Assembly: GCA_963674705.1 (NCBI GenBank)
Contig: OY771506.1
Span: 2,304,001-2,368,000, forward strand
Length of the DNA stretch: 64,000 nucleotides
From: Phycisphaeraceae bacterium
GTDB taxonomy: Bacteria; Planctomycetota; Phycisphaerae; Phycisphaerales; Phycisphaeraceae
Direction of reading: 5' to 3'
Position numbers and translations under genes: made by a program. Of the stretch, positions 21,214 through 30,148 are shown piece after piece; positions within the stretch are counted from its first letter, which is position 1; the number at the start of each line of letters is the position of its first letter. Below the pieces are notes generated by a model, which was not told the DNA's origin, searched no databases, and saw only the letters and a program-made list of their open reading frames with translations.

Positions 21214-21801
21214 ATGCCCCTGATCATCGATTGCTACAACGTGTTGCACGCGGATAAGCCCATGCCCTTGGCTGGGCTGGGGGAGGCGTCGTTGTGCTCG
21301 TTACTCATGGATAGTCCTTGGGCGCGTGGGGGCGTGACAGTGGTGTGTGATGGGGCGCCGAAGCCGCACTCGCCTGACCCGCGTGATGTAGAACCTGTGG
21401 AGTTGCTGTTCTCCGGCGCCGGCCGATCGGCGGACGATGTGATCATCGGGCTGATCGATGTGGCATCTGCCCCGCGAAGACTCACAGTCGTATCCAGTGA
21501 CCGCACGATCCGCAAAGCCGCCCGGCGAAGGCGGGCCCGGGATGTCACCGCGGAAGCATTTCTGGAAAAACTTGCTCATGTGCTCCGGCAGGGAGGGGCA
21601 AGTGGGGCGATCGCTCCCGGTAAGCCCAGCATCGGCCCATTGCCGGATAACCACGTTGAACGCTGGCTGGATTGGTTCGGCATCGACGCAGATAACACGT
21701 CGGGTTCAGGAAGCCCGCCCACTGATCCCTACGGCCTGGCGGACATGGATCTGGCAGATATCGCGGATCTAGACGATCTGGACGACCTCAAGGACCTGTA
21801 A
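21214..21801 (+). CDS. YacP/Rae1-like NYN-domain ribonuclease
   Basis: LIIDCYN, VVCDG, SADDVI and VVSSDR acidic NYN motifs. Confidence 0.8.
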   Translation: MPLIIDCYNVLHADKPMPLAGLGEASLCSLLMDSPWARGGVTVVCDGAPKPHSPDPRDVEPVELLFSGAGRSADDVIIGLIDVASAPRRLTVVSSDRTIRKAARRRRARDVTAEAFLEKLAHVLRQGGASGAIAPGKPSIGPLPDNHVERWLDWFGIDADNTSGSGSPPTDPYGLADMDLADIADLDDLDDLKDL

Positions 21802-21900
21802 ACCCCATACGGGCCAAGTCTTGATAAGTTTTGTAGGATACCCCTCCGGAGCGATGGATATCTCCGGGTGGACCACGAGACGTTTTTTCAGGAATACCCG

Positions 21901-22662
21901 ATGCCCCAGACAAGCGACGACAAGGATTCGAAGCCTCAGACCGGTCAGCCGGTGTACAAGCGTGTGCTGCTGAAGATCAGCGGTGAAGCCTTCTGTAAGC
22001 CCGGTGGTTTTGGGATCGATGGGCCGGAGCTTGATGTCATCGCCAAGGAGATCGCAGAGGCGGCGAAGGTCGGGGCGGAACTGGCTGTTGTTGTCGGTGG
22101 GGGGAATATCATCCGAGGCGCGACGTTGGCCGAGGAAGGCAATATCAAGCAGGCGACCGCCGACCAGATGGGCATGCTCGGGACGGTCATTAATGGCTTG
22201 GCTCTAAAAGAGACTTTAGAGAAACTCGGTCAGCCGGCGCGAGTGCTCAGTGCGTTGAACCTGTCATCGGTTGCTGAGACGTTCATCCGGGGCCGGGCGC
22301 ATCGGCATCTGGAGAAGGGGCGTGTCGTCATTTTCGTCGCCGGGACGGGAAATCCGTTCTTCACGACGGATTCGGCTGCTTCCCTGCGTGCCGCGGAAAT
22401 CAACGCGGATGTGTTGCTCAAGGCCACGAAGGTCGATGGTGTCTACGATAAGGACCCGATGAAGCACGCCGACGCCAAGCGATACGAAAAACTCACTTTC
22501 CGGGAAGCGATCAGCCAAGACCTGAAGGTGATGGATGTGACGGCTTTTGATATGTGCCAGAAGCGAGGCATCCCGATCATCGTGTTTAATATGAAAGAAC
22601 CGGGCCACATCGCTGAGGTGGTTTCGGGCAAAACGATCGGGACGAAAGTCGTGGTAGAGTAA
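21901..22662 (+). CDS. pyrH: UMP kinase
   Basis: RVLLKISGE, GGGNI.RG, GTGNPFFTTD and KATKVDGVY motifs; directly upstream of frr. Confidence 0.96.
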   Translation: MPQTSDDKDSKPQTGQPVYKRVLLKISGEAFCKPGGFGIDGPELDVIAKEIAEAAKVGAELAVVVGGGNIIRGATLAEEGNIKQATADQMGMLGTVINGLALKETLEKLGQPARVLSALNLSSVAETFIRGRAHRHLEKGRVVIFVAGTGNPFFTTDSAASLRAAEINADVLLKATKVDGVYDKDPMKHADAKRYEKLTFREAISQDLKVMDVTAFDMCQKRGIPIIVFNMKEPGHIAEVVSGKTIGTKVVVE

Positions 22663-22761
22663 TTGGGATTTTCAATAATCGATGCTGAATGTTCAAGCTT
22701 GATCTTTTTTTGACATATTGAACAATGTACATCGCATATTGAGCATTTGGGAGCTTGCACA

Positions 22762-23328
22762 ATGGATATTGATGAGTGCCTACTTACCTGTGAAGAATCG
22801 ATGGACAAGACGGTGGACTATCTCAAGAACGAGCTGCGCGGTGTTCGTACAGGACGCGCTTCCACGGCTCTGGTCGAGTACATCAAGGTCGATTACTACG
22901 GTGCACCGACGGAGCTGCGTCAGCTTGCCATGATCAATGTTCCTGAACCGACGCAGATCCTGATCAAACCCTTCGATGCCTCCTGCACGAAAGAGATCGG
23001 CAAGGCGATCGAAGCGTCCGGCTTGGGTCTGAATCCGACCGTCGAGGCTAAGCAGGTCCGGTTGAACCTTCCTCCGTTATCCGGCGAACGGCGCACCCAA
23101 CTGATCGGTTCGATCAAGCAGATGGGCGAGCAGGCTAAGGTCGCCATCCGAAACGCCCGTCGTGATGCGAACAAACACATCGACCAGGCGATCAAAGACA
23201 AGAGCCTGCACCACAGCGAAGATGACGCCGAAGCTGCCAAGAATGATGTGCAGGAGCTTCTGAAGAAGCACGAGGGGCTAGTCGACGACTTAATCGGTGC
23301 AAAGACTAAAGAGATCCAGGAAGTCTGA
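22762..23328 (+). CDS. frr: Ribosome recycling factor
   Basis: RTGRA, VDYYG, LGLNP and KVAIRNARRDAN motifs; GGAG RBS. Confidence 0.96.
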   Translation: MDIDECLLTCEESMDKTVDYLKNELRGVRTGRASTALVEYIKVDYYGAPTELRQLAMINVPEPTQILIKPFDASCTKEIGKAIEASGLGLNPTVEAKQVRLNLPPLSGERRTQLIGSIKQMGEQAKVAIRNARRDANKHIDQAIKDKSLHHSEDDAEAAKNDVQELLKKHEGLVDDLIGAKTKEIQEV

Positions 23329-23418
23329 CACTCATCGCTGTGTCTGCCTGGATTGACTATCTATAACGCCCATGGATGGGGGTAGATCGGCAAAGGAATC
23401 TTGCCGGGGAGGCCGACG

Positions 23419-26400
23419 ATGGGGCGGTATCCATTTTGCTATGTGTTGTGTTGCCTGTTGTGTACCGCTTTGTTGTTGCAGGCAACGTGTTTGCATGCCG
23501 ATGTCGCAAGTGACGCTGCTTCGCGTATCGACGCTGCGTTCGAGCAACTCATTAACGAGGCGAACGACCTCGGTACGGTCAAACAGCCGGAGCACCGTGC
23601 GAACTTCAAACGCCCGCACCGCGCCGTTCGTGCATTAAAAGCTCAAGACGGTCCGGTCATTCTTGAACGCATGGCCGGCAAGCTTGCCGGTGATGATTAC
23701 GGCGACACATACATCCGTTGGCACCTGATGCCTGCTATTGAAACTTGGCTCGGATCACGTGCAACTTCCGCAGATGAATCTTCTGATGCTTCTCTAACTG
23801 TTCAGCAAGTCAAAATCATTCAGGACTTGTTCCGCAGCATGCCGCCCGAAGCGGAACCACGGTATGTTTCGCCGTACAGCGACGAGGGCAAAGAGATCAA
23901 TAAACGTCTTGCTCAGCTTCGAGCCAAGACACGTATCACCGTAGGTGTACCGCCATTTGAAAAGACCTATTCGGGTCGGGCGGCGTTACCCCACATGACG
24001 CCTGCCGCTCGAAAGAAAGCCGAACCGATCGTTGAAGAAATCGATCGCTTGCAGGATCAGGTCAAGGGGATGCGAGATCGCGACATCGAGCAAGTCAACG
24101 AACGCTACCGTGAAGTTGCCAAGGCAATGCGCGAGTATCGTTTTGACCTGGGCTACATGATGGTTCAGAGCGGTAATCAGAAGCTATTGAATGATGTTGG
24201 CTCAGCCGTGGGTACGTTGATACGCCGGCGTCAACGTGCAGGCTTTGATGTGACGCAGGCGATCTATAAGGCGATGCATGACGGGTATCTGAACCAATAC
24301 GACGATCGGGCGTTGGCTTCCTTACGCGAGAATCTGATGAAGACTGCCGCCTCGACGCGGTCATATGAAACCTATCTGCGTGGCAACGAGCCGATGCCTT
24401 ACTACATTCAGCCTGAATTGCGCTGCTACGCCGGTTATGTGTATCAGTTGACCGATCTATTGGCGGAGCCTACACGATTACGTGCTTTCCGGACTGTCGC
24501 AGAAGAAACCGAGCCGGATATACCTCCGCTTCCCGTTGGGCCTTTTGAACCCGAGTCACTTTCAATCGATGATATCCGCGCCGCGATACGTGCCGCGGTG
24601 CATGAGCTATACACAGCAAGCCGTCAGCCGCAGCGCGATGAGGAATACGCGCCCGGGCCGGTTTTGCCAAATGAATTCATTCGGCATGACAGTTATTACT
24701 TCTATCTGAATCGCTATCGCCAGAAGGACCCGGTCTATCAGGAAGTGATTTATGAAACAGGCAACCATGCGCTGGTCGCGTCCGCGATGCTTGCTGCGGG
24801 TGAATCCTATCAGGACCCAAGGCTTAATCGCCGCATCAGCTGGGTACTCGCCAGCGACACACCTTTTACCTACGACCGCGGGATGCGGTTGATGATGTTA
24901 TCTCGCCTGCCCACCGGTATGTTCGCCGAAGCAGCGAAACGCGATGCAGCCTGGCTCGGTTCGGCGGTCACCGATATGGGCAACTTCAATGAATCGTACT
25001 ACTACGGCCAAAGCACCGGTTTCGGCGATCACGGCAGCGGATTCTATGGCGTACTCGGTCTGTGGGGTGCGGACCGTCTCGACATCGAACTAAACGAAAA
25101 GAAAGTCTGGAGCCCGATCGATAAACACTGGCGACTGACTCAGCAGAAAACACCCGGCGACCAACCAGCCGGTTGGGCGGTCGGCATGCTGCACGAGTTT
25201 GCCATGCGCGATGCGGATCAACCCATCACGACGAACTCGCGCACAACGGTAACCGGCCCGATGACTGCGGCAGGTGTCGCCTCGCTCACCCTCACCGAAC
25301 GTTATCTCAACGGCCCAACACTTACCGAGCCCGGCAAGGACAATGTCTCGGTCGAATTACGCAAGGGTCTGCGCTGGTTGGATGAAAACTTCGATCCAGC
25401 CCAGAGCCCCGGCGCGGACTGGTTCTATTACATGTGGACCATTCAGCAGGTAGGCAAAGCAAGCGGCCGACGCACGTTTAACGGGGTCGACTGGTTCCGC
25501 ACGGTTACCGCCGAGATGCTTAACCGCCAGGGGCCGGACGGCCTATGGGAAGATCCGAACGGTCAACAAGGGAAGCTGCTATCCACCGGTTTCGCGTTGC
25601 TCTACCTGGCCAACGCACTTGAACCGATCGCTGTATCCAAGCTGAAGTTTGATGGGGCATGGAATAATCGTCCCAACGATCTTTGGAACTATGCCGAGTA
25701 CGCATCGGATGTCTTCGAGGTCGATACCGCCTGGCAGATCGTAGACTTGGATCAGACCTTGTATGAGTTGGCAGATACGCCGCTGATTTACCTGGCGACA
25801 CACGAACCGTTTTCACTCAGCCGGGACCAGGTCGATCGTCTGCGTCAATATATCGATATCGGTGGCATGCTTCTGATCAATCCCGAGGCTCCGATCGGTC
25901 GATTGCAGGCAAGCATCGATGCGCTGATCGCAGAGTTATATCCGGATAAGGCGCTTGAGCCGGTTGCTGAGTTCCATCCGTTTTATGACCTGCATACAAA
26001 GCTGCGGCCGACCGTGCAGATGCAGATGGTTCACAACGGTGTTCGTCCCTTAGTCGTGGTGTTCAATCGTGACATCAGTCGTGGCTTACAGACCAACGAT
26101 ACAAAACGACAAGCCGATAGTTTCGCGGCGTTATCGAATATCTATCTTTACGCAGTTGGTACACAGGCCCAACGCACACGGCTGTCATCCAATTACATTC
26201 TTCCAACGGACGAACGCCCAAACGACAGCATCGCTGTCGCTCGCATCCTACATAATGGCTCGTTCAATCCTGAACCGGCTGCGCTAACGCAACTCGATGC
26301 TTTCATGGCCCGCGAGCATGGAATCGATCTGGACATTCAGATTCTGGAGCCAGGCCAACTCAAGGACCAGCGTATTGCCTTCCTGACCACATCGGGTGAT

Positions 26401-26832
26401 GGCGAACTATCGGATGCACAGGCGAAGGCCTTGCGCGATTGGGTTGAGGCCGGCGGCACACTTTGGCTCGATGCGGCGGGTGGCACGACCAAGGCGGTCC
26501 AGGCCGCCAACGCCATGCTCATGAAAGCCTTTCCCGACTACCCAGTGCTACCGCTTGAGCAAGATTCACCGATCATCACCGGAGAAAATCTGTTCTTCGG
26601 TCCGCACGACGTCAGACGCGTGTCTTACAGCAGGTTCGCACAACGTCAGATGGGCCAGATGACTACGCCGCGTCTGCAGGCGATCAAGATCGATGGACGC
26701 GTTGCCGTGATCTTTTCTCCCGAAGACCTGACCGCCGCCCTCGCCGGCTGCGAACACTGGGGTCTGTTCGGCTATTCTCCGCAATCCGCAAGAAAACTAA
26801 TCGCCAACGGCATCCTGGCAACGGTGCAATAG
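23419..26832 (+). CDS. Large secreted protein with prenyltransferase-like alpha-barrel and two DUF4159-like domains
   Basis: Signal peptide; MTAAGVASL, GLRWL, FYYMW, RQGPDGLW and TGFALLYL repeats; WNNRPND and 'LR.Y...GG.L' repeated twice; GGAGG RBS. Confidence 0.7.
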   Translation: MGRYPFCYVLCCLLCTALLLQATCLHADVASDAASRIDAAFEQLINEANDLGTVKQPEHRANFKRPHRAVRALKAQDGPVILERMAGKLAGDDYGDTYIRWHLMPAIETWLGSRATSADESSDASLTVQQVKIIQDLFRSMPPEAEPRYVSPYSDEGKEINKRLAQLRAKTRITVGVPPFEKTYSGRAALPHMTPAARKKAEPIVEEIDRLQDQVKGMRDRDIEQVNERYREVAKAMREYRFDLGYMMVQSGNQKLLNDVGSAVGTLIRRRQRAGFDVTQAIYKAMHDGYLNQYDDRALASLRENLMKTAASTRSYETYLRGNEPMPYYIQPELRCYAGYVYQLTDLLAEPTRLRAFRTVAEETEPDIPPLPVGPFEPESLSIDDIRAAIRAAVHELYTASRQPQRDEEYAPGPVLPNEFIRHDSYYFYLNRYRQKDPVYQEVIYETGNHALVASAMLAAGESYQDPRLNRRISWVLASDTPFTYDRGMRLMMLSRLPTGMFAEAAKRDAAWLGSAVTDMGNFNESYYYGQSTGFGDHGSGFYGVLGLWGADRLDIELNEKKVWSPIDKHWRLTQQKTPGDQPAGWAVGMLHEFAMRDADQPITTNSRTTVTGPMTAAGVASLTLTERYLNGPTLTEPGKDNVSVELRKGLRWLDENFDPAQSPGADWFYYMWTIQQVGKASGRRTFNGVDWFRTVTAEMLNRQGPDGLWEDPNGQQGKLLSTGFALLYLANALEPIAVSKLKFDGAWNNRPNDLWNYAEYASDVFEVDTAWQIVDLDQTLYELADTPLIYLATHEPFSLSRDQVDRLRQYIDIGGMLLINPEAPIGRLQASIDALIAELYPDKALEPVAEFHPFYDLHTKLRPTVQMQMVHNGVRPLVVVFNRDISRGLQTNDTKRQADSFAALSNIYLYAVGTQAQRTRLSSNYILPTDERPNDSIAVARILHNGSFNPEPAALTQLDAFMAREHGIDLDIQILEPGQLKDQRIAFLTTSGDGELSDAQAKALRDWVEAGGTLWLDAAGGTTKAVQAANAMLMKAFPDYPVLPLEQDSPIITGENLFFGPHDVRRVSYSRFAQRQMGQMTTPRLQAIKIDGRVAVIFSPEDLTAALAGCEHWGLFGYSPQSARKLIANGILATVQ

Positions 26833-26898
26833 GTCGCTCATAGACATGTGGTAACAGAGAGCGGGTATCGACGGTAGAATACCTTTTCGTTTCTCTTT

Positions 26899-26933
26899 AC
26901 CCTACACCCAACACCCTAAACCCTACACCCTCC
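26899..26933 (+). repeat. Degenerate heptamer array (ACCCTAC-type, 5 units)
   Basis: ACCCTAC ACCCAAC ACCCTAA ACCCTAC ACCCTCC, 3 nt before the ATG at 26937. Confidence 0.75.
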
Positions 26934-26936
26934 CAA

Positions 26937-27935
26937 ATGAACTTCTTCAGCCAACCACGAGAACGCTTTGCCACCTTGCCCACGCCGTTAGAGTTTCTGC
27001 CACGCCTGACGGAAAAACTCGATGGGCCGCGCATCTACATCAAGCGCGATGACCTGACCGGTCTTGCCTTCGGCGGAAACAAGACACGCAAACTCGAATA
27101 CCTGATCGCGGATGCTAAACGCAAAGGCGTGACACACTTCATTACCGAAGGCGGTTGGCAATCCAATCACGTGCGCCAAGCCGCGGCCGCCGCACGTTTG
27201 GCGGGGATGCAGGCTGTGCTGGCGTTGAACTGCCCCGAGCAGCAGCCACCTTTGCAGGGAAACCTGCTGATCGATGACTTGCTCGGTGCGCATTGTCATT
27301 ATGTTGCGACGGGTAAGGACCGTAAGCCGAAGATGAAAGAGCTTGCTGCTGAGATCGCGGCCGAGGGCGGCGTGCCATACGTCGTTGTGGCCGGCGGATC
27401 AGACGCCATCGGCGCACTCGGTTACGTCGGCATGGTCCTGGAGATGAACAGCCAACTTGTCGAGCAGCAGGTCAGCCCGCGCTGCGTGTATGTTGCCAAT
27501 GGCAGTGCCGGCACACAGGCGGGCATGGTCCTGGGGCAATCTATCTTCGGCGGGACGTATACCATCAAGGGGTATTGCGTCGTGCCCGGTGGTGCTGAGG
27601 AAATTACGCAGGATACATTCACATTGGCAAACCAGTGCGCGGCGCACATCGGCGTCGATCCGGTCGATAACTCACAAGTGATCTGCGATGACTCGCAATT
27701 CGGCGAAGCCTACGGCATCCCGACCCCTGCTGCGCTGGATGCTATCAAGTTGCTCGCCGAAACCGAAGCGATCCTGCTCGATCCGGTCTACACCGGTAAA
27801 ACATTCGCCGGCATGCTCGCTGACATCGAGGTCGGACTCTACGGCAAAGACGACACAATTGTCTTCGTTCACACAGGTGGCGCACCGGCCCTCTTTGCAA
27901 AAGTGGATCTGTTGCAACCGATTTTATCCAGGTGA
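26937..27935 (+). CDS. dcyD: D-cysteine desulfhydrase family PLP enzyme
   Basis: KRDDLTG.AFGGNKTRKLEY and QSNH motifs; LDPVYTGK and HTGG have Thr where ACC deaminases have Glu and Leu. Confidence 0.8.
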   Translation: MNFFSQPRERFATLPTPLEFLPRLTEKLDGPRIYIKRDDLTGLAFGGNKTRKLEYLIADAKRKGVTHFITEGGWQSNHVRQAAAAARLAGMQAVLALNCPEQQPPLQGNLLIDDLLGAHCHYVATGKDRKPKMKELAAEIAAEGGVPYVVVAGGSDAIGALGYVGMVLEMNSQLVEQQVSPRCVYVANGSAGTQAGMVLGQSIFGGTYTIKGYCVVPGGAEEITQDTFTLANQCAAHIGVDPVDNSQVICDDSQFGEAYGIPTPAALDAIKLLAETEAILLDPVYTGKTFAGMLADIEVGLYGKDDTIVFVHTGGAPALFAKVDLLQPILSR

Positions 27936-28012
27936 GGGAGAAAGAAAACTAGAAAACTAGAAAGCTAGAAATGCGGGAATACTATCCTTCGATCCCCGAT
28001 ACCTATGAAGAG

Positions 28013-28183
28013 GCCCGGACCTTCGCTTCGCTCAGGACCGGCGTTGGGGGGGAAGAGCCATTAGCCTTTAGCAATTAGCCATTAGCACAAATCCTAATCA
28101 TCAATCCTAAATCATAAATACAATTCCCCACACCCCACACCCCACACCCCACACCCCACACCCCACACCCCACACCCCATCCC
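28013..28183 (+). repeat. Composite intergenic element, copy A: core + (TTAGCCA)n + (AAATCCT)n-like + AATACAAT + (CCCCACA)7
   Basis: Nearly the same as 34868-34993; core CCTTCGCTTCGCTCAGGACCGGC; ends CCC-ATG. Confidence 0.9.
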
Positions 28184-28507
28184 ATGCTCAATCCTCCCTC
28201 CATCACCCCGACCGAACTCAAAGCCATGCTCGATCGTGGTGATGAGGTCGAATTGATCGATGTCCGAGAGCCTAAGGAACTCAAGATCGTGCAGATACCC
28301 GGTGCTATGCACATCCCGCTTGCCAGTCTACCGGACCATGTCGAAGAGCTTGACCCGGACAAGCAATGTGTTGTCTTCTGTCACCTCGGCCAACGCAGCG
28401 CCGCGGCCGTCGCTTACCTGATCGAACGCGACTTCGAGGCCCTCAACCTCGCCGGCGGCATCCACGGCTGGGCCCGTGAGGTCGATCCATCTTTGCCGAT
28501 GTATTGA
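28184..28507 (+). CDS. Rhodanese-like sulfurtransferase domain protein
   Basis: LIDVREP, IPGA.HIPL, CHLGQRS active loop and NLAGGIHGW. Confidence 0.88.
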   Translation: MLNPPSITPTELKAMLDRGDEVELIDVREPKELKIVQIPGAMHIPLASLPDHVEELDPDKQCVVFCHLGQRSAAAVAYLIERDFEALNLAGGIHGWAREVDPSLPMY

Positions 28508-28563
28508 AGCATGCCACCTCTCTACTTGTGACGATCGACCATCATGGGCCTACAATCCCTCCT

Positions 28564-30027
28564 ATGACTACGATGCATTCGACGGATGGCGGGATACTGG
28601 CCAAGGAACTGGACATCGACGCGGTGATTGCCGGCGAGGGGAGGTTGTCGCCTGAGCAGGCGGTACGACTGTACCACGAGGCTTCGATGCACGACCTGGG
28701 GCGTTGGGCCTCGGCGGTGTGCGATCGTATTCACGGCCCTGAAAAGCGCACTTACGTCATCGACCGCAACGTCAATTACACCAATGTCTGTTCCGCCCGC
28801 TGCACATTCTGTGCGTTCCGTCGAGATGGTGATGAGAAAGATGCATACACCCTCAGCACAAAGCAACTGCATCAGAAGATTCAGGAGCTGGTGGATATCG
28901 GCGGGACGCAGGTGCTGCTGCAGGGCGGGATGCATCCGGACCTGCCGATCGAGTTTTATGAGGATATGCTGGTCGGCATAAAAACCAAATTTCCGGGGGT
29001 GCATGTGCATGGATTCAGCCCGCCGGAGTTTGTTGAATTCGTCGCGGTTTTTGAGTTGGACGGCTTCCCCACCACGAAGCCGGGCAAGAGCCACGAATTG
29101 CCTGCAGATGTCTGGAACGAGAAGCTGGATGTCATCCTTAAGCGGTTGGTGAAAGCGGGGCTTGACACGATACCGGGTGGCGGCGGAGAAATTTTTCCTG
29201 AACATGTCCGTCGACGTATCGGCATCGGCAAAGCGACCGCCAAGCAATGGCTTGATGTCATGGCGGCCGGGCATCGGTTGGGCATGCTCACCAGTGCGAC
29301 GATGATGTTTGGCCACATTGAAGGTATTGCCGATCGCATCATGCACATGGCAATGATCCGAGACCGCCAGGACGAGGCGATCCGCAGCAACGGGTCGGGC
29401 AAATACATCAGCTTCATCAGTTGGCCCTTCCAGCGTGAGAACACACCGCTTGGCCGGGTGCCTGATTACGATCTGGCAAGCGATGAGCCGTTTCCCGGCG
29501 ATGTCCTGGCGGACATGGTTTTTGCCGGCAAATTGGATGGCTTTGATAAAGCGGCATGCGACAAGGCTGTGTCCAAGGCCGGCAAGCTCGTACGGATGGC
29601 TGGAGCGAGTGAGTACCTGCGGATGCAGGCGATCAGCCGACTTTTCCTCGACAATATCCACTCGATCGGTGCTTCGTGGGTCACGATGGGTCCGAAAATC
29701 GGCCAACTCGGCCTGTTCTACGGCGCCAACGACATGGGCAGCGTGATGATGGAAGAAAACGTCGTCAGCGCCGCCGGCACGACGTATTGCCTCAATGAGC
29801 CGGTGCTTTGTCAGTTGATCCGCGACTCCGGTTTCACACCCGCTCAGCGCGACAACGGCTACAAACTCCTGAACATCCACACCGGCCCGGATTCACCCGA
29901 TCTTCAGGTTACTGACTGGTCGGAGCACCGCGTGCAGAAGCTGCACATTGAGAAAGGCGGATGTACGGAACATGCATCACCCGGTGATGAAAGTGTAACC
30001 GTGCCTTTGACGATAACACAGGATTAA
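28564..30027 (+). CDS. mqnC: CofH/MqnC-family radical SAM enzyme (probable dehypoxanthine futalosine cyclase)
   Basis: IDRNVNYTNVCSARCTFC, LQGGMHP, PGGGGEI, ATMMFGHIE and GANDMGSVMMEENVVSAAG motifs. Confidence 0.82.
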   Translation: MTTMHSTDGGILAKELDIDAVIAGEGRLSPEQAVRLYHEASMHDLGRWASAVCDRIHGPEKRTYVIDRNVNYTNVCSARCTFCAFRRDGDEKDAYTLSTKQLHQKIQELVDIGGTQVLLQGGMHPDLPIEFYEDMLVGIKTKFPGVHVHGFSPPEFVEFVAVFELDGFPTTKPGKSHELPADVWNEKLDVILKRLVKAGLDTIPGGGGEIFPEHVRRRIGIGKATAKQWLDVMAAGHRLGMLTSATMMFGHIEGIADRIMHMAMIRDRQDEAIRSNGSGKYISFISWPFQRENTPLGRVPDYDLASDEPFPGDVLADMVFAGKLDGFDKAACDKAVSKAGKLVRMAGASEYLRMQAISRLFLDNIHSIGASWVTMGPKIGQLGLFYGANDMGSVMMEENVVSAAGTTYCLNEPVLCQLIRDSGFTPAQRDNGYKLLNIHTGPDSPDLQVTDWSEHRVQKLHIEKGGCTEHASPGDESVTVPLTITQD

Positions 30028-30148
30028 CACGCAATCGCAAGATTCTTCGGTAAAATAGGTTAATTAGACAGGGTTCAAGAAAAGACTAGAATATCTCATC
30101 TGCAGTCCCCCCCTGGTTTTTCTCACCCTCAACATATTGGATATCCCC

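Noticed and set aside
26937..27935. ACC deaminase
   Set aside because: The diagnostic Glu and Leu positions are both Thr (PVYTGK, HTGG), which fits D-cysteine desulfhydrase.
28522..29880. 452-aa antisense ORF, and similar long shadow ORFs (2944-3819, 4313-5089, 59069-59839, 62870-63739)
   Set aside because: They lie opposite well-supported genes, are expected from GC-rich codon bias, and show no motifs.
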